Source: an uncultured delta proteobacterium
GTDB taxonomy: Bacteria; Desulfobacterota; Binatia; UBA9968
DNA length: 64,000 nucleotides
Direction of reading: 5' to 3'
NCBI GenBank assembly: GCA_963804165.1
Contig: CAWDPO010000019.1
Span: forward strand, 32,001-96,000
Shown here piece by piece: positions 54,620-64,000 of this stretch (position 1 is the first letter of the stretch; every line of letters starts with the position of its first letter). Below the pieces are notes generated by a model, which saw only the letters and a program-made list of their open reading frames with translations, searched no databases and was not told the DNA's origin. Position numbers and translations under genes: made by a program.

Positions 54620-55622
54620 CTACCCGCGCCCCCACGCTTCGAGGAAACGCCGCGCATCCTCGACGACCGGCTCGGTGACCGGCACATAGGGAATGACCAT
54701 GCGGGTCGCCCCGGCTTCTTCGAAGGCTTTCATCTTTTCTTTAATTTCTTTTACATCGCTCGCGGGCACGACTGGCAGCTTGTCCATGTATTCATCCGTC
54801 AACGCGCCCATCGCCGCTTTGAAGCCGCCTTTTTGAAACGCTTCATGGATCGTGTTGACTTCCTTCTCGAAGCCCATGCCACGCAGCATGTCACTGTAGT
54901 GATCGGCGATGTTATAGAAGGTCAGCACCTGGCGCAGTTTCGCGCGCGCCAGATTTTTGTCCGGATTGAGCGACACGCGCGACTTGGCGATGATCTCGAT
55001 CTTGCTCGGGTCGCGTCCCGGCTTCGATCGCGCCTTCGCGCACGCGATCGGCGATTTCTTTGACCTTCGCGGGCGTCGCCATATTGATGAACACGCCGTC
55101 GGAAATCTTGCCGACGAGCTTAGTCATCTGCGGCCCAAGACCGGCAAGATAGACCGGCAGATTGGGATGACTCGGCTTCCAGGAGAGCTGAAAGCGCTTG
55201 CCGGTTTGATAAATCTCGCCCTCGTATTCGACGCGCTCGCCGGCGGCGACTTTGCGCACGATGTCGATATATTCGCGCGCTCTCTTTAACGGCCGGTCAA
55301 ACACTCCGCCATGCCAGCCGGCGATCGCTTTGTTGGCCACGCCGAGTCCGAGCAGCAATCGGCCGCCGGAGAGATCCTGCAGCGTCGCGGATTGAATGCC
55401 CAGCGTCACCGGGCTGCGGCCGTAAATATGATAGATCGCCGTGCCCAGTTTGATCGTCTTCGTCCGGCTCGCTACCGCCGACAGCATGACGATCGGATCG
55501 GTGCTGTTCGACTCGCCTTTCCAGAACGCGCCGAATCCGACCTCCTCCGCGAGTACGACCAACCCCGGCACGTCCGCCGCCGGATAGTGCGCCGCCGAGT
55601 TTATCTCCACGTCATAAATCAT
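54620..55622 (-). CDS. LLM-class flavin/F420-dependent oxidoreductase (frameshift ~55010)
   Basis: AEEVGF, DP, T--IKLGT, RSP, LSGGRLLLGLG, P-YLAGLGP. Confidence 0.85.
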
Positions 55623-55763
55623 GGACGGTTTCCTTCTGCTCGTTGAACTTTTGAACCCTTGAAGCTTGAACGTTCTGTTATGGAATCCCCGAAGTTTTCG
55701 GTAAACTAGCCAGCGGTCGGACCTAAGTCAAATCGTCAACCCATTCGGCGCGGCACGTTGAAC

Positions 55764-56742
55764 TTAAGGCTGCGCCGCCTTCGTCTTTTGCGCCAGCCCA
55801 TCCAAATCCGCTTTGAGCTTTTGGCTCGATTCCATAAATCGATCGACAGACGTCGAAGGAACCCACGCGGCATCGAGCGGCTTGACGATGCCGTTAAATT
55901 CCATGACGTTCGAGAACTTGCTTCGATCCGCGTAATCCGAGAGCACGCTCACGCCAATGATCGCCGCGCTCATCGAGGAGGGCCGCCCATAACCGGGAGC
56001 GCCGGCGCATGGACGAGGCAAAGCCGAGATGGCCATAAACCAAAGCCGCCAGGATAAGTCCCGTCCCCAACAGTCCGACAATCCACAGCGCCGGAATAAA
56101 CGGGAAGAGAAATTCGACCCACTCGGAGGAGACGTTGAGCGCCGCGAAGCCGACGATCGCGCCGCACGCAATCATCGCATGCTGAGAAAAATGAAAGCGG
56201 CTCACGACGATCCGGCTCGCCAACGCCCAAAGTCCGGCCCAAACCAGCAGGGTCGAAAAAGTCGTCAACGGTTCGCTGACGACCCTGGCGAAAGTTACGC
56301 GCTCGACGATGCCGAGATACGATTCCAGGCATAGCAGCAGTAAAACCGCGCTGACGATGAACGCGGCAACGTAGGGCGATGCGAAATGAGATTCTTTGAC
56401 TTCGCGATCGATGACCGTCGGCGCCAACGGATGCTCGACGCTGCGAAAACGCAGTGACGTGTGGCCGATGCGAAACTGCGCACCGGAGCTCAGCGCTAGA
56501 ATAGCGACGCGGTCGCTCCGTCCGCCCGCGTACAATCCATTGACGCTCTCCAGGTCACGCGCGATCAATTCGCCCTGCTCGTTTTGCTCGATGGCAAGAT
56601 GCGCCGGGCAAACATAGGGGTCGTCGACGACCACGTGATTGCTGTAGGCGCGGCCGATATTGACGGGCAAGGAGTCGATGCGAACCCGCTCCGTCACGTT
56701 GCCTTTCGCATCGAGAATCTCGATATAACCTAACGCCGCCAT
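55764..56742 (-). CDS. FHA-domain inner-membrane protein (frameshift ~55980)
   Basis: IGRAYSN..DDPYVCPAH..DLESVNG FHA pattern followed by about five TM helices. Confidence 0.82.
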
Positions 56743-58015
56743 CGAATATTCTCCATGTAGCGCCGGGTCAGGGCCTGAACATTATCGAAGCTCGCGCCGG
56801 ACAGGCTCAGTGTCGTAACCAAACCGACGTTTCTGGCGCCGAGCGTCGCCCCTCTGAACACCGCATCGTACAGTCCGGGCAGTTTCACGTATTGGCGGGC
56901 GCACAGCACGGCCTTTGAGCTTGCCCGTTTGAGTTTGCACGTTGCGGGTCTGGCAGCGAAACGGGGTGACCTCCTCTTCGTTGCCAAACGGCGCGACGTT
57001 TCCCGCCTGGACCTGAGCGGAGTATAGAGTGAAGAATTGCGCGGGATTCAACTCTGCGGTTGAAATCAATTGATGATAGAAGCGCACGATTCCCGACGAT
57101 TGCTCGCTCGAAACGAACACATAATCGTCGGTCGAGCAATCATGGGTCACGGCCACGTAAGGCACCTCTTTGCGGCGCAGCGCATCGGCCCAACAGCGAA
57201 AAAAGTCCGTCGGCTTCGTCGGCAACGAATAGGGGCCGAAGGCGACACTCGGAGTTGTCGCCGAAAACATACCCGCCAGATATCGCTCTTGATTGGCATG
57301 GATCTGCCGGCCGACTTCGGCGAGAAAACTACCCGCTGTCGGGCTCTCGACTTTCGCAGTCCTTTCGAGCAACGCCACGGCGCGCGCCGCCGGCACCAGG
57401 AAGCTGATCTGTTCGCCTTCCGTCGCAACATTGACGCCGACAACCTTGCCGGCTTGGGTCAGCGTCGGCCCGCCGCTCATGCCGGGATTGAGCGAGCCGG
57501 TAAAATGCACTTTCGGGTAAAGCGTGTGCTGCAAGAGACCGTTGTAGGTGCCCTCGACAATCGTCAAGCCGAGATCGCGCGGATGGCCGAGAGAGTAGAG
57601 CCGTGTCCCCTGCTCGACCGGTTTGGATTCCAACGTGAGAAAACCCTTGGGGTGGCTATTCGTGCGCAGCACCGCGAGATCGTAAACCACGTCAACACCC
57701 AATACCTCCGCCTGACCCGTCAACCCCGATGCCCCGGAAACCTCGATGCGATACCTGTCAGGCGAGTGAATCAGCTTCGAGATGACATGGTAGTTGGTAA
57801 TAATATGACCGCGCGCATTGGCGAAAAATCCCGTCCCGACGGCGGCCTTCGCCGCCGAACCGGTTTCGACCACTTCGATCTTCACGACGCTCGTGGAAAA
57901 TTGCTTGAAGATCTCCGGCGCCGTCGCGCCCAGAGGTTGCGCCGCGGCTGAGCTAGGCAACGCGCGCCGCAACCAGAAGTAAGAGCCAAGCAGTGACAGT
58001 TAGAACTTGCGTCAT
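56730..58015 (-). CDS. Exported trypsin-like (S1) serine protease with non-PDZ Cys-containing C-terminal domain (frameshifts ~57955, ~56915)
   Basis: GTGF, TNYHV, DLAVL, NPGMSGGP triad; signal peptide MTQVLTVTAWLLLLVAA. Confidence 0.85.
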
Positions 58016-58061
58016 AGAGCAAGAACAAGAGACCCGGGTTCGTTCGAAGTAACGACAGCGG

Positions 58062-59255
58062 CTAAGAAACGGTTCGAGTGATGCCCTGTGCTTGCAGAGT
58101 TTCGATTTGGCCGGTGTCGTAACCCATTGTTTGGAGGATTTTTTCGGTATGCTCGCCGACGAGCGGCGGCGGCGCAGATCTCGCTTTGGCCAAATTATCG
58201 TAGCGCACCGGCCCGCCGACAAATGTAAGCGTCCCTGCCTTCGGATGGTCGACTGTTTCCGTAAGAGCGAGATGTTTCACCTGTGGGTCGTCGAGCACTT
58301 CGGCGACGTTGTACAGCGGCACCGCCGGGACATCGTGAGCTTCAAGGATTTTTAACCACTCGTCCCGGGTTTTGCTCTGAAACGTCGGCGCCAATGTCCG
58401 TTCGAGCGCCTCGTAATTCTGCCGGCGTGCCTCTCTGCTTTTAAAGCGTTCATCCGCGACGATGTCCATGCGATCGGCGGCGTTTAAAAGCGCCATCCAA
58501 AATTTCTCCGGCACCGAGCAATGAATCACCAGTGGCAAACCGTCTTTACAGACGAAGGCGAACGCATGCGCGTTCCTAACTCGCGCCATGCGGTTGGGCA
58601 CGTTGCCCGTGCGCAAATATCCGGCCGCGGTCTCGCCGATGAAGGATAAAGTCGCCTGCAGCAGCGAGGTTTCCACCCGACAACCCGCGCCGGATTTTTC
58701 CCGCGCCAGGAGCGCGCCGAGGATACCGTAGCCAGCCGACAATCCCGTGACGTAATCGGACACGGCCATGCCCATGACCTTGGGATCATCGGGATCGCTC
58801 AACAAGCTCAATAGCCCGCTCATCGCCTGGCCCAACGTATCGAAACCCGGCTTTTCGGCGTAGGGGCCGGTTTGACCGAAAGCTGAAATCGAACAGTAGA
58901 CTAGTCTCGGATTGATGCACTTGAGCGTTTCGTAGCCGATACCCAGCCGGTCGGCGGTGCCGGGTCGGAAATTCTCCACGAAGACGTCGGCGGTTTTTAA
59001 AAGGTCCAAGCAGATCTCTTTGCCCTTTGCCGCCTTTAGATCCAACACCAAACTTTCCTTGTTGCGATTGAGATGGCCGAAGTTGAAACTAAAAAATGTA
59101 TCCGGCGCAAAATAACGATAGGGATCGCCATTGGGCGGCGTCTCGATCTTGATCACCCGCGCGCCGAGGTCGGCCAAAAGCGCCGTGGCATACGGACCGG
59201 TGACGAAAGTCGCGCACTCGACGATGGTGATGTTGTCGAGAATTTTGACCGGCAT
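58062..59255 (-). CDS. CaiB/BaiF family III CoA-transferase
   Basis: GP, LADLGARVIKIE, NRNKES, ENFRPG, SAFGQTGP, PP-VGEHT. Confidence 0.93.
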   Translation of the reverse strand: MPVKILDNITIVECATFVTGPYATALLADLGARVIKIETPPNGDPYRYFAPDTFFSFNFGHLNRNKESLVLDLKAAKGKEICLDLLKTADVFVENFRPGTADRLGIGYETLKCINPRLVYCSISAFGQTGPYAEKPGFDTLGQAMSGLLSLLSDPDDPKVMGMAVSDYVTGLSAGYGILGALLAREKSGAGCRVETSLLQATLSFIGETAAGYLRTGNVPNRMARVRNAHAFAFVCKDGLPLVIHCSVPEKFWMALLNAADRMDIVADERFKSREARRQNYEALERTLAPTFQSKTRDEWLKILEAHDVPAVPLYNVAEVLDDPQVKHLALTETVDHPKAGTLTFVGGPVRYDNLAKARSAPPPLVGEHTEKILQTMGYDTGQIETLQAQGITRTVS

Positions 59256-59310
59256 AAATTACTTTCCGCGCTAATCTTTCACGGAGCTCTTTGCAATGCA
59301 AACAACGACT

Positions 59311-59516
59311 CTAGTGTCCTGTCCCAGAAGTTGGCGACATAATTCTCGCGTCATTCCGTCGGAAAATCTCCCCTTCCCCTCTTTGGCAAAGAGGGGTGAG
59401 AATCGCACGGAGAAAATTCCCCCTTTGAAAAAGGGGGACAAAGGGGGATTTGAGTTCACCTTCAGTGGCTGCCATCGTTTGGACTTTTTAAACGAACTTC
59501 TGAGACGCCACACTAG
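59311..59516 (+). mobile_element. 206-bp MITE-like element, copy 1
   Basis: CTAG at both ends; imperfect terminal IRs CTAGTGTCCTGTCCCAGAAGTT / CTAGTGTGGCGTCTCAGAAGTT; internal CCCCCTTT..AAAGGGGG hairpins; inverted copy at 63096-63301. Confidence 0.85.
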
Positions 59517-59554
59517 ATAGTCGCCCACTCCGGCATAATTCTGGCAAGTTCGAC

Positions 59555-59761
59555 ATGGATCTGATATTTTTTTGGTGTGGCTCCAGCAAGAAAATCTCGT
59601 CTTTCAAATACGCTCTCTTTCCCCAATGGCGTCGTCGCCGCCCTTCTCGGGCCAAGTCAAAGATTTTTCGCCGATCTTCGCCGTCAGATAATCTCCAACT
59701 CGCCTGTGAACTTTCCGATCTTTGTTTGGAGCTGCGCCTCGCCGCGCACAAACATCACTGA
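59555..59761 (+). CDS. Small hypothetical protein, possible antitoxin partner (5' end uncertain)
   Basis: Basic helical segment FRRSSPSDNLQLACELSDLCLEL directly upstream of a nucleotidyltransferase. Confidence 0.35.
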   Translation: MDLIFFWCGSSKKISSFKYALFPQWRRRRPSRAKSKIFRRSSPSDNLQLACELSDLCLELRLAAHKHH

Positions 59762-60282
59762 AGCTGATCGGCGGTCTCGCCGTCTCCACTTGGGGCGCGG
59801 TTAGAGCGACTCAAGATATCGACCTGCTTGCCGACAGTGACCCAAGCCCCATTGGCGATCGGCGCATGCGTGAAAACCTTGCTAAGTTTTTGGCAAAAAA
59901 ACGTTGCAAGGTTGAATGGCGGGTCGGGGATCCTGAAGATCCTATACCGCTGCTATTAAGAGTCGAATTTTCTCGATCAAGCCGTAAACTCTACACGGAC
60001 ATTCTTTGGGCGCACAAACGATGGCATCAAGAAGCCTTGCGACGACGGTTGGAAGTGTTGTTGGGAAAATCCCGTGTGTTTGTGCTCCATCCGGAAGATC
60101 TGATTCTGCTGAAGCTCGACGCGGGTGGGCCACAGGATCTTCTCGACGTGCAGGCGTTACTTGCTTCCAAACCGCCCAAGTTGGATATCGATAGGCTTCA
60201 ACGAAGCGCCGCGCGGATTCGTCTGCAAAAATTACTCGACAGTTGCCTGCAGGACATACCGGGAAAATTGCGCACCCGATAG
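59722..60282 (+). CDS. Nucleotidyltransferase (AbiEii/DUF6036-like), N-terminus appears short
   Basis: LIGGLAV..G--RATQDIDLL, EDLILLKL..QDL-D motifs. Confidence 0.75.
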   Translation: MFGAAPRRAQTSLKLIGGLAVSTWGAVRATQDIDLLADSDPSPIGDRRMRENLAKFLAKKRCKVEWRVGDPEDPIPLLLRVEFSRSSRKLYTDILWAHKRWHQEALRRRLEVLLGKSRVFVLHPEDLILLKLDAGGPQDLLDVQALLASKPPKLDIDRLQRSAARIRLQKLLDSCLQDIPGKLRTR

Positions 60283-60332
60283 CGGACCAAGTTTTCAATT
60301 GTTCCGATTTCTTCGGGCCGCTACCAGCCCCC

Positions 60333-61580
60333 TCACCGCGGCGCGACTAAAATTTCCTCCCGCGGGAAGTAATCCATGATCTCCGCGCCGTTCTTGGTGA
60401 CCACGAGCATATTTTCCAAGCGCGCGCCGCCGACACGGGCTTCGCCCTCGCGGGACTCGACGGCGATCGTCATGCCTTCTTCGAAGACCTGCGGGTGATC
60501 GAACGACCACAATCGGTTGATGATCGGAATATCGTAACCGGTGCTGGTGCCGAGTCCGATACCGTGGCCGATCTCGCTGGCGAGAATCTCCACTTCACTT
60601 TGATATCCCCACTTGGTCGCCGGCGGAAAATGCTTCGCCGCATCCGCCGTTGTCTTGCCGGGCTTGATTTCGCCGATCACGGCATCGAGACGATCGCGCA
60701 CCTGTTTGTACCAGTCCTTCTCTCGGGTTGTCGGCTGGCGTCCGACGATGAATGTGCGATAGGTACAGCTGCCGTAGCCCATGTAGGTCGCGCCGCAATA
60801 GGAACCGTAGACCAGGTCGCCGAATTGGATGACGCGGCTGGTCGCGTGCGGGCCACGGTCGAAGGTCATCGGCCCCGTGCGCCACCCACCGGGTACCGCG
60901 GACTCCAAACCGAGCTCGTAACCCGCCGTGGAGCCGAGGGTCATCAAGTCGGTATCTCGCATGCCGGGTTTCAATTTCTCCCAGATGCGAAACCACACGC
61001 CGTCCACCATGGCGGCGCAAGTTTTGAGACAACTGATTTCATCCTGGTTCTTCACCATGCGCGCTTCCAGCATGAGCTGGCGCGTATCGACGATGTTCTT
61101 GACGCCGGCGTTGACCAAAGCCTCCCGCGCATAACCGTCGAAACTGCCGAGGCCAAGCTTTTCGCCGAGCAAACCGCGCTTTTCCAGCTCGGCCTTGATC
61201 TCGGCGGCAAACGCCTTCGCCTCCGCGGCGCACACTTCGGGACCGGGCGCGCCGGTCAGCCACGAACGCGCGGGTCGCCATTCCTTGATCCACGGGCACT
61301 GATCGGGCATCTGATGATAGTAACCGTCGTGCTCGTACATCACCGCGTCGTGCTCGGCAAAAAACAGCGCGTAGCGGCACATCGGATAGGCGAAGCCCTT
61401 GAGCGCGGTGAGGTAGCGAATATTTTGGTGATTGGCTTCGAGCAGCGTCGCGATGCCGTGCTTGCGCATCAGCGTCTGCGCCCGCTCGACGCGCTGGCGG
61501 CGCATGCGGTCAGGATTGAATCGTTCTTGCCAGTCCGCAGCTTCCGGACCAAAAGTCAGCTTTGGTGAATATTGGACCAT
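60333..61580 (-). CDS. M24 Xaa-Pro peptidase/creatinase-like hydrolase
   Basis: NIRYLT, EARMVK--DEI, GHGIG, AVES, GARLE. Confidence 0.88.
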   Translation of the reverse strand: MVQYSPKLTFGPEAADWQERFNPDRMRRQRVERAQTLMRKHGIATLLEANHQNIRYLTALKGFAYPMCRYALFFAEHDAVMYEHDGYYHQMPDQCPWIKEWRPARSWLTGAPGPEVCAAEAKAFAAEIKAELEKRGLLGEKLGLGSFDGYAREALVNAGVKNIVDTRQLMLEARMVKNQDEISCLKTCAAMVDGVWFRIWEKLKPGMRDTDLMTLGSTAGYELGLESAVPGGWRTGPMTFDRGPHATSRVIQFGDLVYGSYCGATYMGYGSCTYRTFIVGRQPTTREKDWYKQVRDRLDAVIGEIKPGKTTADAAKHFPPATKWGYQSEVEILASEIGHGIGLGTSTGYDIPIINRLWSFDHPQVFEEGMTIAVESREGEARVGGARLENMLVVTKNGAEIMDYFPREEILVAPR

Positions 61581-61751
61581 GATAGCCTCCAATCGTGACG
61601 GTGACTTTTATTCGCCCCGAATCTATCCGGAACAGGTGACCGCTTCAACTGCTTGAGCTATCTAAAAATGCAGTTCCAAGACCCCCAATACAAAATGCAA
61701 GAGGCTTGTGATACTTAAGAATCGGCAATCGAATAGGAGTCACAATATCTC

Positions 61752-62735
61752 TTGAAGACGATTCTCAAAGTTTTGCTATTTTCGCCGCTCTGCTTTCTCG
61801 TCGTTTCATCGGCGGTCGCAGCCGATCGTATCACCGCCGCTTACACCAGCATCGCCGCTGCCTACGCGCCGTTCTGGGTAGCCAAAGACAAGGGCATCTT
61901 CGACAAATACAACCTCGACGCGCGCTTGGTTTACATGCGCGGCACGGTGCCGACCACCGCGGCGCTCGCCAACGGCGAGATCGAATTCGTCCAATCCGGC
62001 GCCGCGCCGTTTATTAACTATGCCGCGCGAGGCGGCGATGTCGTGCTCCTGGGCTGTCTGGCCAACAAGGTCATCGACTATGTGTTCATCGCCCACCCCT
62101 CGATCAGTCGCATCGAGCAGCTGCGCGGCAAAACCATCGGCATCAGCCGCACCGGCGATCAAACTTTCTACTACGTGCGCGAGATTCTCAAGCGCTATGG
62201 GATCGGCATCAAAGACGTGCGCCTGGTGCAAACCGGTCTGCAACCGGAGCGCGTCGCGGCGCTGCGCCAAGGTCTTGTCGTCGCCAGTATTCTCAACCGG
62301 CCGAGCAATCTCGTCTTGGAGCAGGAAGGATTCAAACGCTTGCTCGATATCGAGGATTTGAAAATCCCCGCCGGCGTGCGCTGCTTGATCACCACGCGAA
62401 AGCTGGTCAAGGCGCGCCCCGCTCTGGCTGACAATTTCACGATGGCGTGGCTGGAATCGCTGCGTTTTATCTTGACGCAGAAAAAGGAAACTAAGCAGAT
62501 CATCGGCAAATACACGCAGAATGCAGACGACGTTCATCTGGAGGAAGCGTGGCGCAGCCTATCGACGCAAACCGAGATCCCGCCGTATGTTTCGGTCAGT
62601 CAGTTGCAAGGCCAGGCGAATATGCTCGCGGAAGATCAGCCCGACTTGAGCCGCTTCGACGCCAAAGTAATGGTGGACAACAGCGTAATCAAAAAACTCG
62701 AAGATTCAGGCTGGATTAAGAAGCTCTTTAGATAA
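61752..62735 (+). CDS. SsuA/THI5-family substrate-binding protein
   Basis: Signal peptide, WVAKDKGIFDKYNLD, LRGKTIGISR, RVAAL, KLEDSGWI. Confidence 0.88.
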   Translation: MKTILKVLLFSPLCFLVVSSAVAADRITAAYTSIAAAYAPFWVAKDKGIFDKYNLDARLVYMRGTVPTTAALANGEIEFVQSGAAPFINYAARGGDVVLLGCLANKVIDYVFIAHPSISRIEQLRGKTIGISRTGDQTFYYVREILKRYGIGIKDVRLVQTGLQPERVAALRQGLVVASILNRPSNLVLEQEGFKRLLDIEDLKIPAGVRCLITTRKLVKARPALADNFTMAWLESLRFILTQKKETKQIIGKYTQNADDVHLEEAWRSLSTQTEIPPYVSVSQLQGQANMLAEDQPDLSRFDAKVMVDNSVIKKLEDSGWIKKLFR

Positions 62736-62749
62736 CTGTCGAAAGCTGA

Positions 62750-63052
62750 AACTCACCGAAGGACACCAAGGATACCACTGTTTTAAGAATCTGTCGTTCC
62801 GAACTTCGTGCTCTTTGAATCACTTTCAATCAAAGTCCTTCCGGCTTGCGCGATTTTTTAAACCGTCCGCAACTCCGGAACACGAGGATTTACTCGCGCC
62901 AAGACGCAAAGTACGCCAAGTTCGGAAGGGAAAGTTAGATAATCGTACAAACGATCTTCACCATTTTTCTCCGACGTTTGCGGCCTTGGCGTCTTTGCGG
63001 GAGATATTCCGAGTCTCGATCGCGGCTGTGCCGCGCTGGGCCTTCGTGGTGA
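62750..63052. repeat. Cluster of imperfect intergenic palindromic repeats
   Basis: cgccaagacgcaaagtacgccaag ... tttgcggccttggcgtctttgcg; cttcgtg units. Confidence 0.5.
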
Positions 63053-63095
63053 ATAACCATCTTACTGATCGAGCCCAACGCTTGTGCGCATGTAC

Positions 63096-63301
63096 CTAGT
63101 GTGGCGTCTCAGAAGTTCGTTTAAAAAGTCCAAACGATGGCAGCCACTGAAGTTGAACTCAAATCCCCCTTTGTCCCCCTTTTTCAAAGGGGGGATTTTC
63201 TCCGTGCGATTCTCACCCCTCTTTGCCAAAGAGGGGAAGGGGAGATTTTCCGACGGAATGACGCGAGAATTATGTCGCGAACTTCTGAAACAGGACACTA
63301 G
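63096..63301 (-). mobile_element. 206-bp MITE-like element, copy 2 (inverted)
   Basis: Reverse complement of 59311-59516 with a few substitutions; CTAG at both ends. Confidence 0.85.
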
Positions 63302-63376
63302 CGGACACTTCGACATTGCAAGCTATCTAAGGATGCTTGCAATCTTTCGATCCCCTGGGTACACAACCAACTGAAG

Positions 63377-64000
63377 ATGAATCGACATATTTTCAAACTG
63401 ATTTGTCTACTGCTTCTCTTTGCATTGGGTTCCGGCCGCACGAGTATTGCGGCCGAGGCCGCTTTGGAAAAAGTCCGTATCGCGGTGTCGTCGAAGTCGC
63501 TCGGCTTCCTCGATACTTGGGCGGCCAAACAGCGCGGCTTTTACCGCAAGCACGGGATCGACGCCGAGATCATCGCCATGCGCCCGCCGCTCACCATCGG
63601 CGCGATCCAAGCGGGAGAGATCGATTACGCCTTCGGCGCCAGCACGATTTCGCGCGGCGCGATTTCCGGCGCGCCGGTGCGGCTGGTGAGCCTGTCCTTG
63701 CGAACTTCTTTCCACACGTTGGTCGCGCGCCCGCAATTCAAATCCATCGGCGATTTGAAGGGTAAAACCGTCGCCGTCACCATCGGCGCCGCCGACGACT
63801 TCGTCGCGCGCCACCTGATTCGCCGCGCGGGCTCGGATCCGCGCGACTATGCGTTCGTCAATATGGGCGGATCGGACACGAGATTTCCCGCGCTCCATGC
63901 CGGCACGATCGACGCCACGCCTTTATCACTGCCTTTCTTCATCGTCGCCAAGCGCCAGGGTTTTACACTGCTGGGCTCGGCTGCGGATGTCATCAACATG
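63377..64000 (+). CDS. SsuA/THI5-family substrate-binding protein (partial, runs off window)
   Basis: Manual translation MNRHIFKLICLLLLFALG...EKVRIAVSSKSLGF..AKQRGFYRKHGID..AGEIDY..DLKGK. Confidence 0.85.
   Translation, partial: MNRHIFKLICLLLLFALGSGRTSIAAEAALEKVRIAVSSKSLGFLDTWAAKQRGFYRKHGIDAEIIAMRPPLTIGAIQAGEIDYAFGASTISRGAISGAPVRLVSLSLRTSFHTLVARPQFKSIGDLKGKTVAVTIGAADDFVARHLIRRAGSDPRDYAFVNMGGSDTRFPALHAGTIDATPLSLPFFIVAKRQGFTLLGSAADVINM

Noticed and set aside
59271-59528. ORFs of 74-96 aa repeated at 59.3 kb and 63.1 kb
   Set aside because: They are translations of the non-coding MITE, with no transposase motifs
60495-61568. 357-aa + strand ORF
   Set aside because: Antisense shadow of the M24 gene

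Overview
A 64 kb stretch of GC-rich bacterial chromosome. Gene content and intergenic repeat style suggest a deltaproteobacterial-type lineage such as Ca. Binatia (inference only). It opens with core genes (rimP, ntrB/ntrC-type pair, thiE, dnaB, queF). These are interrupted by an accessory block: an HTTM membrane protein, a GT-C-type transferase, a complete IS5 with TTAA duplication and a signal-peptide ATP-dependent ligase. A Mo/W redox cluster follows (NuoEF fusion, FeS subunit, formate dehydrogenase alpha, MobA-MoaD fusion, aldehyde:ferredoxin oxidoreductase), then ilvD and a long catabolic/transport region. That region holds a TRAP-TAXI system with two binding proteins, amidohydrolases, five orphan SsuA/THI5-like binding proteins, GMC, LLM, CoA-transferase and M24 genes. 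Other notable items are a subtilase with three near-identical 300-bp repeats, an FHA-membrane protein/trypsin-like protease pair, and two inverted 206-bp MITE copies. There is also an unassigned structured-RNA candidate next to an unannotated 52-aa membrane peptide, plus gene remnants. More than a dozen genes after ~19.5 kb are split by small indels, most simply explained as sequencing/assembly errors. No rRNA, tRNA or CRISPR array was seen. All family calls come from motif recognition by eye, not database searches.
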